This document shows positions 1 to 7,197 of a DNA stretch of 64,000 nt, piece by piece. The DNA is taken from positions 1,935,711 through 1,999,710 of the forward strand of contig CAVTEI010000003.1 of NCBI GenBank assembly GCA_963733765.1. The letters run 5' to 3'. The notes under the pieces are model-generated. The model was not told the origin of the DNA and did no database searches. It was given only the letters and a program-made list of their open reading frames with translations. The DNA comes from an uncultured Acidimicrobiales bacterium (GTDB lineage: Bacteria > Actinomycetota > Acidimicrobiia > Acidimicrobiales > DATKAS01). Within the stretch, counting starts at the first letter, position 1. Every line of letters begins with the position of its first letter. The position numbers and the translations under genes were made by a program.

Positions 1-524
1 GCGCTGATGGGGAACGTCGCGTGTGCCCTCCGCAGCGTGTCGGGGCCGGGCTCGGACAGGCCGAGGTAGCGGACCTTTCCGGCTTCGACGAGCTCACCCA
101 TTGCTCCGACGGTGTCTTCGATGGGCACGTTCCGGTCGACGCGGTGTTGGTAGTAGAGGTCGATCTGATCGACACCCAGGCGCCGAAGCGACGCATCACA
201 TGCGCTACGGACATAGTCCGGCTGCCCGTTGATGCCGCGGGAGGACGGGTCGGCAGGATTCCCCACGATGCCGAACTTGGTCGCAAGGATCACTTCGTCG
301 CGCCGATCCTTGATCGCGGCCCCCACCAGCTCCTCGTTGGTGTTCTGTCCGTACACGTCGGCGGTGTCCAGGAACGTCACGCCGAGGTCGAGCGCGCGAT
401 GGATCGTCGCGATCGACTCGTCGCGGTCGCCCTCGCCGTAGGACTGGCTCATTCCCATGCAGCCAAGCCCGAGCGCCGAAACCTCGAGTCCCTGGCTGCC
501 GAGTCGGCGAGTCGGGATCGTCAT
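1..524 (-). CDS. aldo/keto reductase (5' part only; gene runs off the window start)
   Basis: Not in the ORF track because it is open at the edge. The reverse strand from ATG 524-522 reads [68 protein letters not shown]..., a typical AKR N-terminus. It has an ATGA overlap with the stop (521-523) of the upstream gene. Confidence 0.85.
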   Translation of the reverse strand, partial: MTIPTRRLGSQGLEVSALGLGCMGMSQSYGEGDRDESIATIHRALDLGVTFLDTADVYGQNTNEELVGAAIKDRRDEVILATKFGIVGNPADPSSRGINGQPDYVRSACDASLRRLGVDQIDLYYQHRVDRNVPIEDTVGAMGELVEAGKVRYLGLSEPGPDTLRRAHATFPIS

Positions 525-1687
525 GGCGTGCCGCCGTCGATGCGCAGGATCGCGCCGGTCGTGAAGCTCGAGGCGGCGCTCGCGAAGTACAGCGCGGCGC
601 CCACGACCTCGTCGGGCTGACCGCCCCTCCGCATCGCCATCGTCACCTCGGCTCGCTTCTGGAACATCTCGAGATCCCAGGCCTTGGAGATGTCGGTGAG
701 GAAAGGCCCGGCCTGGATGCAGTTCACCCGCACGGTCGGGCCGAAGGCGTGTGCGAACGCGACGGTCATCGCGTTGAGGCCCGCCTTTGCGGCGGCGTAG
801 GGGATGACGTCGGGGGAGGGCCGGATCGACGCGACGCTCGACACGTTGATGATCGAGCCTCCGTCCCCCTCGGCCATCCGGGTGCCGACGACCGCGCTCA
901 GCCGGAACGGACCCTTGAGGTTCACATCGAGCACCTTGTCGTAGAGCGACTCGGTGACGTTCGCGACGGCGTCGTAGAGCGGCGACATGCCTGCGTTGTT
1001 GACGAGCACGTCGACCTTGCCGAACCGCTCGTAGGCGGCGTCGGCCAGCGCGTCGACCTGCCCCCATTCTCCGACGTGGCACGCGAAGGGCAGCGCCTTC
1101 CGACCCGTCGTGCGCTCGACTTCCTCCGCGAGCTCCTCACAGGACGCGAGCTTGCGGCTCGCGATGACCACGTCGGCGCCGCACGCGGCGAACGCCAGCA
1201 CCATCGAACGGCCGAGGCCGCGGCTTCCGCCCGTCACCACGGCCACCTTGTCGGTGAGATCGAATTGCTCGAGAGGGTTGCTCATGGCGATGGTGTAGCG
1301 CGTCGACTGGGCGGCGACGACCGCGACTTCGACCAACCACTGGGGCCGGGCGAGCGCGGGGACATAGACGAGCGTCGACGCCGGTCGGTGGTCCTTCATC
1401 ACGGCGTCGCGAGCTTCCATCACCAGGGCCACGTTCGCGCCCGCCACGACATACGTCGTCATGGACACGATGTCGTCGATGACGAACCCCGACTCGGCGA
1501 GGATCACCCCGATGTTGCTCCAGACGAGCTTGGACTGTTCGCCGAGGCCCTCGGGGACCGATCCGTCGGGAGCCACGGGGACGACCCCCGCGGTGTGCAA
1601 CATCGCCTTTACGCCACTCGACACCACGCCGTGCGAGTACGCCGCGGCCGGAGGCGCGATCGACGCGGGGTTCACGGCGCGGTTCAC
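521..1687 (-). CDS. RidA/YjgF-like domain fused in frame to a short-chain dehydrogenase/reductase
   Basis: 388-aa ORF with a GTG start. The first ~128 aa look like RidA/YjgF (AAAYSHGV ... [10 protein letters not shown]). Residues ~137-388 are a classical SDR ([20 protein letters not shown]). No stop codon lies between the two parts. Confidence 0.8.
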   Translation of the reverse strand: MNRAVNPASIAPPAAAYSHGVVSSGVKAMLHTAGVVPVAPDGSVPEGLGEQSKLVWSNIGVILAESGFVIDDIVSMTTYVVAGANVALVMEARDAVMKDHRPASTLVYVPALARPQWLVEVAVVAAQSTRYTIAMSNPLEQFDLTDKVAVVTGGSRGLGRSMVLAFAACGADVVIASRKLASCEELAEEVERTTGRKALPFACHVGEWGQVDALADAAYERFGKVDVLVNNAGMSPLYDAVANVTESLYDKVLDVNLKGPFRLSAVVGTRMAEGDGGSIINVSSVASIRPSPDVIPYAAAKAGLNAMTVAFAHAFGPTVRVNCIQAGPFLTDISKAWDLEMFQKRAEVTMAMRRGGQPDEVVGAALYFASAASSFTTGAILRIDGGTP

Positions 1688-1713
1688 GCGCGCGGGTTCA
1701 CGCTGGGGTTCAT
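1684..1713 (-). other. bridging mini-[12 protein letters not shown] between deoD and the RidA-SDR gene
   Basis: ATG 1713-1711 overlaps the deoD TGA (1712-1710). Its TGA 1686-1684 overlaps the GTG start 1687-1685 of the next gene. It lies in tandem (A/G)TGAACC units. Confidence 0.35.
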
Positions 1714-2426
1714 GGAGATACCGCCACGCGTGCGGCGACTGCGGTCATACGATCGACACCCTTCTTCAACTCCTCGTCACTGATCCGCTCGAACTTTCCG
1801 GTGTAGAGGTAGTCGCTGATGGCGAGCACCGCGAGGGACGAGACCTTCCGCAGCGCGGCGATCGTGTACAGCACCGACGCCTCCATCTCGACCGCGTAAT
1901 GGCCGCGCTCGGCCCAGCGCGCGTGCTTGCTCGTGTCGCGGTCGTAGAACACGTCGCTCGACACGATCGGGCCGACGTGGAACCGCAGGCCTTCCTCTCG
2001 GACCGCGGCGAGCGCCTTCTCGACGAGCTGCCAGTCGGCCGTGGGCGCGTGAGGATCGCCGCCCACGTAGTTGAGGGCCGTCCGATCTTGGGGCGTCGAG
2101 GACACTGCGATGACCACGTCGCCCATCTGCATCGTCGGCTGGAGCGCGCCGGCGGTGCCGACGCGGATCAGGCGCTGCGCGCCGAGCATGATCAGCTCCT
2201 CGTAGACGATCGCGGCGCTCGGGCACCCCATTCCGCTGGCCTGCACCGAGATGGGCTTGCCCTCGAACGTCCCCGTGAAGCCGAGCATGCCTCGCTCCTC
2301 GTTCACACAGCGGGGCGAGTCGAAGAAGGTCTTCGCGATGTACTCCGCCCGGCGCGGGTCACCCGGGCACAGCACCGCGGGCGCGAAGTCGCCGGGCTTC
2401 GCGCGGATGTGGATCGGGGTCGGCAT
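1710..2426 (-). CDS. deoD: purine nucleoside phosphorylase, DeoD type
   Basis: MPTPIHIRAKPGDFAPAVLCPGDPRRAEYIAKTFF...GMLGFTGTFEGKPISVQASGMGCPSAAIVYEEL matches the PNP/UDP phosphorylase family 1. I chose the internal ATG at 2426; the track ORF extends to 2498 through a Pro/Gly-rich leader. Confidence 0.85.
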   Translation of the reverse strand: MPTPIHIRAKPGDFAPAVLCPGDPRRAEYIAKTFFDSPRCVNEERGMLGFTGTFEGKPISVQASGMGCPSAAIVYEELIMLGAQRLIRVGTAGALQPTMQMGDVVIAVSSTPQDRTALNYVGGDPHAPTADWQLVEKALAAVREEGLRFHVGPIVSSDVFYDRDTSKHARWAERGHYAVEMEASVLYTIAALRKVSSLAVLAISDYLYTGKFERISDEELKKGVDRMTAVAARVAVSP

Positions 2427-2471
2427 GGTGGGCGACGGTACCCCCGCTGCTCCCGGTGGGCGCGACGGTGA

Positions 2472-3048
2472 TTGTCCGGGGCCACCGCTACGGGGCAACC
2501 TAGGGAGATGTCGGTCTCCGAGAGCGCTGAATGGCCGGAGACCGGGACGCCGATCCGGGTGCTCGTACGCGAAGATCCGAAGGAGTACCCCTCACGGATC
2601 CATGAGGGTGGCGGACCGGTGCTCCTCGTTGCCGCGCCGCGCAAGCTCGCCGTGTCGCAGCCTTCACCCGGCGACCAGATCATGCTCTCGTGGGGCGCGA
2701 AGTATGGCGCCCGGACCCTTCGCACCCGCCTCGTCGGGATAGAGGTCCGGCCCACTCCGGGCTGGCGGCTGCAGGCGATCGAGACGCCGGTCGAGGTGCA
2801 GCGGCGCCGTCACGCCCGCATCCCCGTCGACCGGGGGGTCGTGATCCACGTGGGCGATCGTTCCGTGCCCGCCCGGCATGGTCGACCGCAGCCTTCACGG
2901 TGCCCGCTGCTTCGTCCCCGTGTCCACGCGACTCGAAGTGGGCGATGTCGTCGACATCGAGATCGAGCCCGACGACATGGTGCGTGGCGCGACGGTCTTG
3001 CGGGCCGATGCCGTCGAGGGTCAGCTGCAGATCGCCTTCAACTGGTAG
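2472..3048 (+). pseudogene. PilZ-domain protein, reading frame broken once (about 2845-2878)
   Basis: The frame of ORF 2472 gives ...EVQRRRHARIPVDRGVVIHVGDRSVPA (PilZ RxxxR motif). The rest of the domain, MVDRSLHGARCFVPVSTRLEVGDVVDIEIEPDDMVRGATVLRADAVEGQLQIAFNW* (DxSxxG-like), is in the +1 frame, 2878-3048. The start (TTG 2472 or ATG 2508) is uncertain. Confidence 0.55.
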
Positions 3049-3057
3049 CGCCCACTG

Positions 3058-3849
3058 TCAGGCCGGTGGCAGGTCGAGGCCGCCCGCCGCGATCTCCTGC
3101 TCACCCTCGGGAGTGAAGAGAAACTCGATGAACGCGTCGGCCGCACCCGGGTTCGTCGACGCGTTGAGCTTCGCGACGATGCCAGGCACGGTCGCCCGCA
3201 AGTCGACGTCGAGCGCGAGCGACGAGACCGCAGCCGTTGCGTCGGTGCGGTAGGCGAGCCCCGCGCTCGCCCGACCGGTTGCGATGGCCTCGACGACCGT
3301 TTCGCCGTCGGTCGCGAGCACCTCTGGGCTCACGGTGAGACCCGCCCGCATCAACGCGCTGTCGGCAGCCTTCCCGCAGGAGGAGTCGAGGCTGCACAGT
3401 GCAACCGCGCGATTGGGGTCCGCCAAGTCGGCGAGTCCGGCGACACTCTCGGGATTGCCGGGAGGAACGACCAGTACGAGGGGGTCGCTTCCGAAGACGA
3501 GGGGCTCGGTCGCGAGGTGGCCGTTCATCGCGAGAAGGTCGACCGCGTCGCGTCCGATGCTGATGAACACGTCGCCCATCAACCCGCCGGCAACCTGATT
3601 GACCAGCCCGTTGGCGCCGCCGGCGGTCACCACCACCTCGACGCCGGGGTTGAGCTGCGTGAACGCGCTCGCAAGGCGCTCGACGGCAGGGGCGATCGGT
3701 GCGGCCGCGAGCACGACCAAGCGGCCGGTCGGAGGACCGGGAACGGTCGTCGGCGTCGTGGTGGCTACGACGACGGGCGCGACCTCGGTCGCACATCCGG
3801 CGAGCACCGCCGCGGCGGCGAACGCAGCGCACGAGAGCGGCCGTCTCAC
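3058..3849 (-). CDS. modA: ModA-like molybdate/tungstate-binding periplasmic lipoprotein (orphan, no modBC nearby)
   Basis: Lipobox AAAVLAGC, then LVVLAAAPIAPAVERLASAF...TAGGANGLVNQVAGGLMGDVFISIG, which aligns by eye with E. coli ModA (VFAAASL...SFASSGTLARQIEAGAPADLFISA). The GTG start 3849-3847 overlaps the upstream stop (GTGA). Confidence 0.7.
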   Translation of the reverse strand: MRRPLSCAAFAAAAVLAGCATEVAPVVVATTTPTTVPGPPTGRLVVLAAAPIAPAVERLASAFTQLNPGVEVVVTAGGANGLVNQVAGGLMGDVFISIGRDAVDLLAMNGHLATEPLVFGSDPLVLVVPPGNPESVAGLADLADPNRAVALCSLDSSCGKAADSALMRAGLTVSPEVLATDGETVVEAIATGRASAGLAYRTDATAAVSSLALDVDLRATVPGIVAKLNASTNPGAADAFIEFLFTPEGEQEIAAGGLDLPPA

Positions 3850-4784
3850 GTCTCGTACCCGGTGAGGATGCGTCGCGCGACGTCGGCACGGCGAGCCTGG
3901 AGGGCCGGGTCGTCCCACTCGGCCTCGGCTCCGAGCCGCACGAGCAGGTAGTCGAGGCGTTCGTCACCCATCACACCCAGCTGCACCGAGAGCCACCCCT
4001 CGCCGGCGGGCTCGACGCCGTACACCGTGTAGTCGTCCTCGAGAAGGTTGCGGAAACGATCGCTCACACGCACGGAGACGCGAGTGAGGTGCTCGGCGTA
4101 CGAGAACTCGGCGGGCACCTCGATCTCGTCCGCGGGAGGCGTGAAACGAGTACGAGTCATCGCAGCCTCGGCCATGAGGTCGATGCGGAAGTACTTCAGA
4201 CGGTCGTCCCGGTCGCGTCCGTACACGTACCACGAGCCGAACTTTCGGAACACCTTGTACGGCTCGATCTCCCGGTCGGTGGGCTCCATGGCGCCCGGCT
4301 TCAAGTAGCCGAAGCTCACGGTGGTCTCCTCCTCGACGCCGTCGCGCACGGCCTCCAGGCACGGCGGTTCGGGGAGGTGGACCACCACGACCCCGACAAG
4401 CGGCTCGAGCTTGTTGAGCGCGGCGTCGAGCGCGGCGTCGGGCCTGACCGAGCTCTGGCTGATGACGAGCCCGGCAAGATCCAGCTCGAGGGCACTGATC
4501 GAGCTCGGGGGCAACGACCGCATGTCGCGCAGCCAATGGGCGCTGTCCACCGACAGCGTCTCGCTCTCCTCGTCGTAGGAGAACGCGTCCGCCTCGTCGA
4601 TCAGCTCTCCGTCGCTCTGTGAGCGAAACGAGAGGTACAGCACGGGGTCGAGCACGGAGCGCAGTGTTGCGACGTCGACGCCAAGGCGTGACGCGGCATC
4701 GGGCAAGCCGACCGACCCTTGTTCCTCGGCCATGCCGAGGAGCGCCTTCAACACCTCGAACCGGCGTCGCGCGGACAGCGCCAT
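3846..4784 (-). CDS. pafC: HTH-WYL-domain transcriptional regulator, PafC-like
   Basis: 312 aa. N-terminal wHTH (RRFEVLKALLGMAEEQGSVGLPDAASRLGVDVATLRSVL) and a WYL-type core (IEPYKVFRKFGSWYVYGRDRDDRLKYFRIDLM). It is the second gene of a tandem pair, as in actinobacterial pafBC. Confidence 0.6.
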   Translation of the reverse strand: MALSARRRFEVLKALLGMAEEQGSVGLPDAASRLGVDVATLRSVLDPVLYLSFRSQSDGELIDEADAFSYDEESETLSVDSAHWLRDMRSLPPSSISALELDLAGLVISQSSVRPDAALDAALNKLEPLVGVVVVHLPEPPCLEAVRDGVEEETTVSFGYLKPGAMEPTDREIEPYKVFRKFGSWYVYGRDRDDRLKYFRIDLMAEAAMTRTRFTPPADEIEVPAEFSYAEHLTRVSVRVSDRFRNLLEDDYTVYGVEPAGEGWLSVQLGVMGDERLDYLLVRLGAEAEWDDPALQARRADVARRILTGYET

Positions 4785-4819
4785 CAGCGGAGCTCCGACA
4801 GCGCCATCAGTGGAGCTCG
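4774..4819. repeat. 23-bp tandem duplication of the pafB/pafC junction
   Basis: gacagcgccatcagcggagctcc (4774-4796) is followed by gacagcgccatcagtggagctcg (4797-4819); 21/23 identical. Confidence 0.9.
4784..4807 (-). other. bridging mini-ORF MALSELR* between the pafB-like and pafC-like genes
   Basis: ATG 4807-4805 overlaps the pafB-like TGA (4809-4807) as TGATG. TGA 4786-4784 overlaps the pafC-like ATG (4784-4782) as TGATG. It was created by a 23-bp tandem duplication. Confidence 0.35.
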
Positions 4820-5736
4820 GCCATCTGTCGCAGTCGCTCGCACAGGTCGGCGACGACCCTGGGTGGCGAGACGACTCGGACTTGTGTGCCGAGCTCCAAG
4901 AGCCTGTCGATCAGCGCCTCGTGGTTCTTCGACTCCGTTTCGACCGTCGCGTGGTCGTCTTGTCGGGCGGTGATCTCGCCCCCGACGAGGTAGGCCAACC
5001 GGGGCGCGAACGCGACACTCACGTCGAGCACGATGTGCAACGGCGGGTCGGTGCCCCATCGGTTCGGGTCCATGTCGAGGGCAGCGTCACGGTCGAAGTC
5101 GGCGGGGACGTCGAACTCGTCGTCGAGGAGGTCGACCTCACTGATTCGCTCGATGCGAAAGCTGCGCCGATCGCCGACGTCACGATCGTGGCCGACGACG
5201 TACCAGTGCCGGCGCCACATACCGACGGCCCACGGCTGGAGGCGGCGGGACTTGCCCTCGTAGACGAAGTGGACGCCACGTCGGCGGTGGGCGGCCCCGA
5301 TGAGCAGGCGGATCGTGTCGGTGACCTCGAGGAACACCTCGGCTTCGTCGTCGCCGACGGCCGCGCCCAAGCGCTCGGGATCGTGGTCACGTTCGGCCTC
5401 GATGCTCACCTCCACCGCCGCCGACGCCGCGATCAACGCGCGCCGCTCGGCGCGGCTGAAGAACGGTGGTTGCAGCTCATACCGGCCTTCCTGCGCGTCG
5501 TAGCGCGCTTCGATGCCGAAGGCCGCCTTCAGCGCCTCGAGGTCGCGCCGGAAGGTGCTGCGGAGCGCCTCGTGGGCCGGCGTGCTCGTGTCGAGAATCT
5601 CGCCTTGGGCGCCGCGCGGCACCTCGCTGTACCCAGGGACATCAAGCGTCGCTCGGTCGAGCGTGAAGGTCCGCTCGTGGCCGATGTACGCCGCGAGATC
5701 GAGAACTCTCTGGGTGACATCAGCGCTCGCTGGCAT
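4807..5736 (-). CDS. pafB: HTH-WYL-domain transcriptional regulator, PafB-like
   Basis: 309 aa. WYL core LQPWAVGMWRRHWYVVGHDRDVGDRRSFRIERI, with a C-terminal WCX-like region. It is the first gene of the tandem WYL pair. Confidence 0.6.
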   Translation of the reverse strand: MPASADVTQRVLDLAAYIGHERTFTLDRATLDVPGYSEVPRGAQGEILDTSTPAHEALRSTFRRDLEALKAAFGIEARYDAQEGRYELQPPFFSRAERRALIAASAAVEVSIEAERDHDPERLGAAVGDDEAEVFLEVTDTIRLLIGAAHRRRGVHFVYEGKSRRLQPWAVGMWRRHWYVVGHDRDVGDRRSFRIERISEVDLLDDEFDVPADFDRDAALDMDPNRWGTDPPLHIVLDVSVAFAPRLAYLVGGEITARQDDHATVETESKNHEALIDRLLELGTQVRVVSPPRVVADLCERLRQMAELH

Positions 5737-5769
5737 CGGAGCGAGACGGTAGTCAGGCGCCAGCCCGGA

Positions 5770-6192
5770 TCAGCGCTGGGCGAAGACGATCGTCACCCAG
5801 ACGCGTCCGTCGTCGCCCTGGAAGATGCCGATGCCCGCCCGGTTGAAGGAACCGTCAACCATGTTCGCGTAGTGCGGCGGCGAGTCGACAAGCGCTTGGA
5901 AGGCACGATCGAGGGACCCGGCGACGGCGACGTTCTCGCCCATCCTCCGGGGCGCACCGGTCACGCCGTCACGGAGCGTGCTGTGGAAGAGGTTGCCCTG
6001 GCCTGCCATCGCGCGGCTCTGAGCCTGGGCCTTGGCGACGAGCTCCGCGTCGGGCAGGAGGGCAGGCTGACCCGACTGGGCCCGCACCGCGTTCAGGCGG
6101 GTGAAGACCCCGGTCTCCTCGGCCGTCATGCACGCCGACAGGCCGACGACCAGCAACCCTGCTCCGACCAGGGCGAGGATCTTCCTGGTCAC
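5770..6192 (-). CDS. CAP/SCP (YkwD-like) domain lipoprotein
   Basis: Signal/lipobox KILALVGAGLLVVGLSAC, then a CAP-like core (LNAVRAQSGQPAL...HYANMVDGSFNRAGIGI). I chose the GTG at 6192; the track ORF extends to 6327. Confidence 0.7.
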   Translation of the reverse strand: MTRKILALVGAGLLVVGLSACMTAEETGVFTRLNAVRAQSGQPALLPDAELVAKAQAQSRAMAGQGNLFHSTLRDGVTGAPRRMGENVAVAGSLDRAFQALVDSPPHYANMVDGSFNRAGIGIFQGDDGRVWVTIVFAQR

Positions 6193-6394
6193 AGGCCCCC
6201 CAGCTCGGCGCGGACGCACGAGAACAGCCGCAAACTCCACGACTTCCCGGTCGGCGCGATCGCAGCCGGCTTGAGGAACATCGGGGCAGAATGGTCGATC
6301 GGCCCAGTCTTGTTGGGGGATGGTCACGATGCCAAACCCTTCCCCGCTGACCCTGGGCCAGCCTCAATTCATCCATTCTGGCCCAGGAGGGCAC

Positions 6395-6949
6395 ATGAGC
6401 GAGGTCGCTGACCGGTACGACCGGGTGGCCAAAGGGTTCACGGACCGCGCGAACGCGGTTCCCGAGGGGGCCTGGGACCGCCCCGCTCCCTGTGAGGGAT
6501 GGGTCGCCCGCGACGTCGTGCGGCACCTCGTCGAATGGATGCCGGGCATGTTCTTTCCCAGCGTCGGCCTGCCCCTCCCCGACGGACCGTCGGTCGACGA
6601 CGACCCCGCCGGAGCGTGGCGGGCGCTCGATGCCGCGTTCCGGTCCGGTCTCGGCGATGCAGAGGTGTGCGCCCGGGAGCTCGAGTTCGGTCCCGCCGGG
6701 CGCCACACCTGGGAGGGGGCGGTGGCGACCTTCTGCATCGGGGACGTGCTCGTGCACACGTGGGACCTGGCGAGAGCGACCGGACTCGACGAGACGCTCG
6801 ACCCCGACGAGGTGCATCTCCAATACGAAGGCATGCTGCCGGCGGACGAGATGCTGCGATCGAGTGGGCACTACGGCCCGCGAGTCGAAGTGCCCGACGA
6901 CGCCGACGAGCAGACCAAGCTGATCGCGTTCACCGGCCGCCACCCGTAG
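6395..6949 (+). CDS. DinB/mycothiol maleylpyruvate isomerase N-terminal-like (TIGR03086-type) protein
   Basis: MSEVADRYDRVAKGFTDRANAVPEGAWDRPAPCEGWVARDVVRHLVEW is the characteristic N-terminus of this actinobacterial family. AGGAGG lies upstream of ATG 6395. Confidence 0.7.
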   Translation: MSEVADRYDRVAKGFTDRANAVPEGAWDRPAPCEGWVARDVVRHLVEWMPGMFFPSVGLPLPDGPSVDDDPAGAWRALDAAFRSGLGDAEVCARELEFGPAGRHTWEGAVATFCIGDVLVHTWDLARATGLDETLDPDEVHLQYEGMLPADEMLRSSGHYGPRVEVPDDADEQTKLIAFTGRHP

Positions 6950-6957
6950 GCGGACCG

Positions 6958-7134
6958 GTGGGGATCGCCGGCCGGACGTACTACGAGCGGGGTGAGCCGG
7001 TCGTGGTCGTGGTCCAGTGGCGTGGACCCGCGGTGCGCAACGTGCTGATTCGCCGTGCCAACGGTGATCTCGTCGTGCGTCCGTTCCGCGGTCTGCGCGT
7101 CGCGCCGCGCCCAAATCTCCCACCCCCGTCGTAG
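6958..7134 (+). CDS. small hypothetical protein (58 aa)
   Basis: GTG 6958; VGIAGRTYYERGEPVVVVVQWRGPAVRNVLIRRANGDLVVRPFRGLRVAPRPNLPPPS*. Third-position GC is high and the sequence is not low-complexity. In the track it is hidden inside the 6499-7134 ORF. Confidence 0.35.
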   Translation: MGIAGRTYYERGEPVVVVVQWRGPAVRNVLIRRANGDLVVRPFRGLRVAPRPNLPPPS

Positions 7135-7197
7135 CGTCCGACGTGCACTTCCCCTCTCGTCGGCAGGCGCACGCGCGCCATTGCGAGGGAGGGCCTT

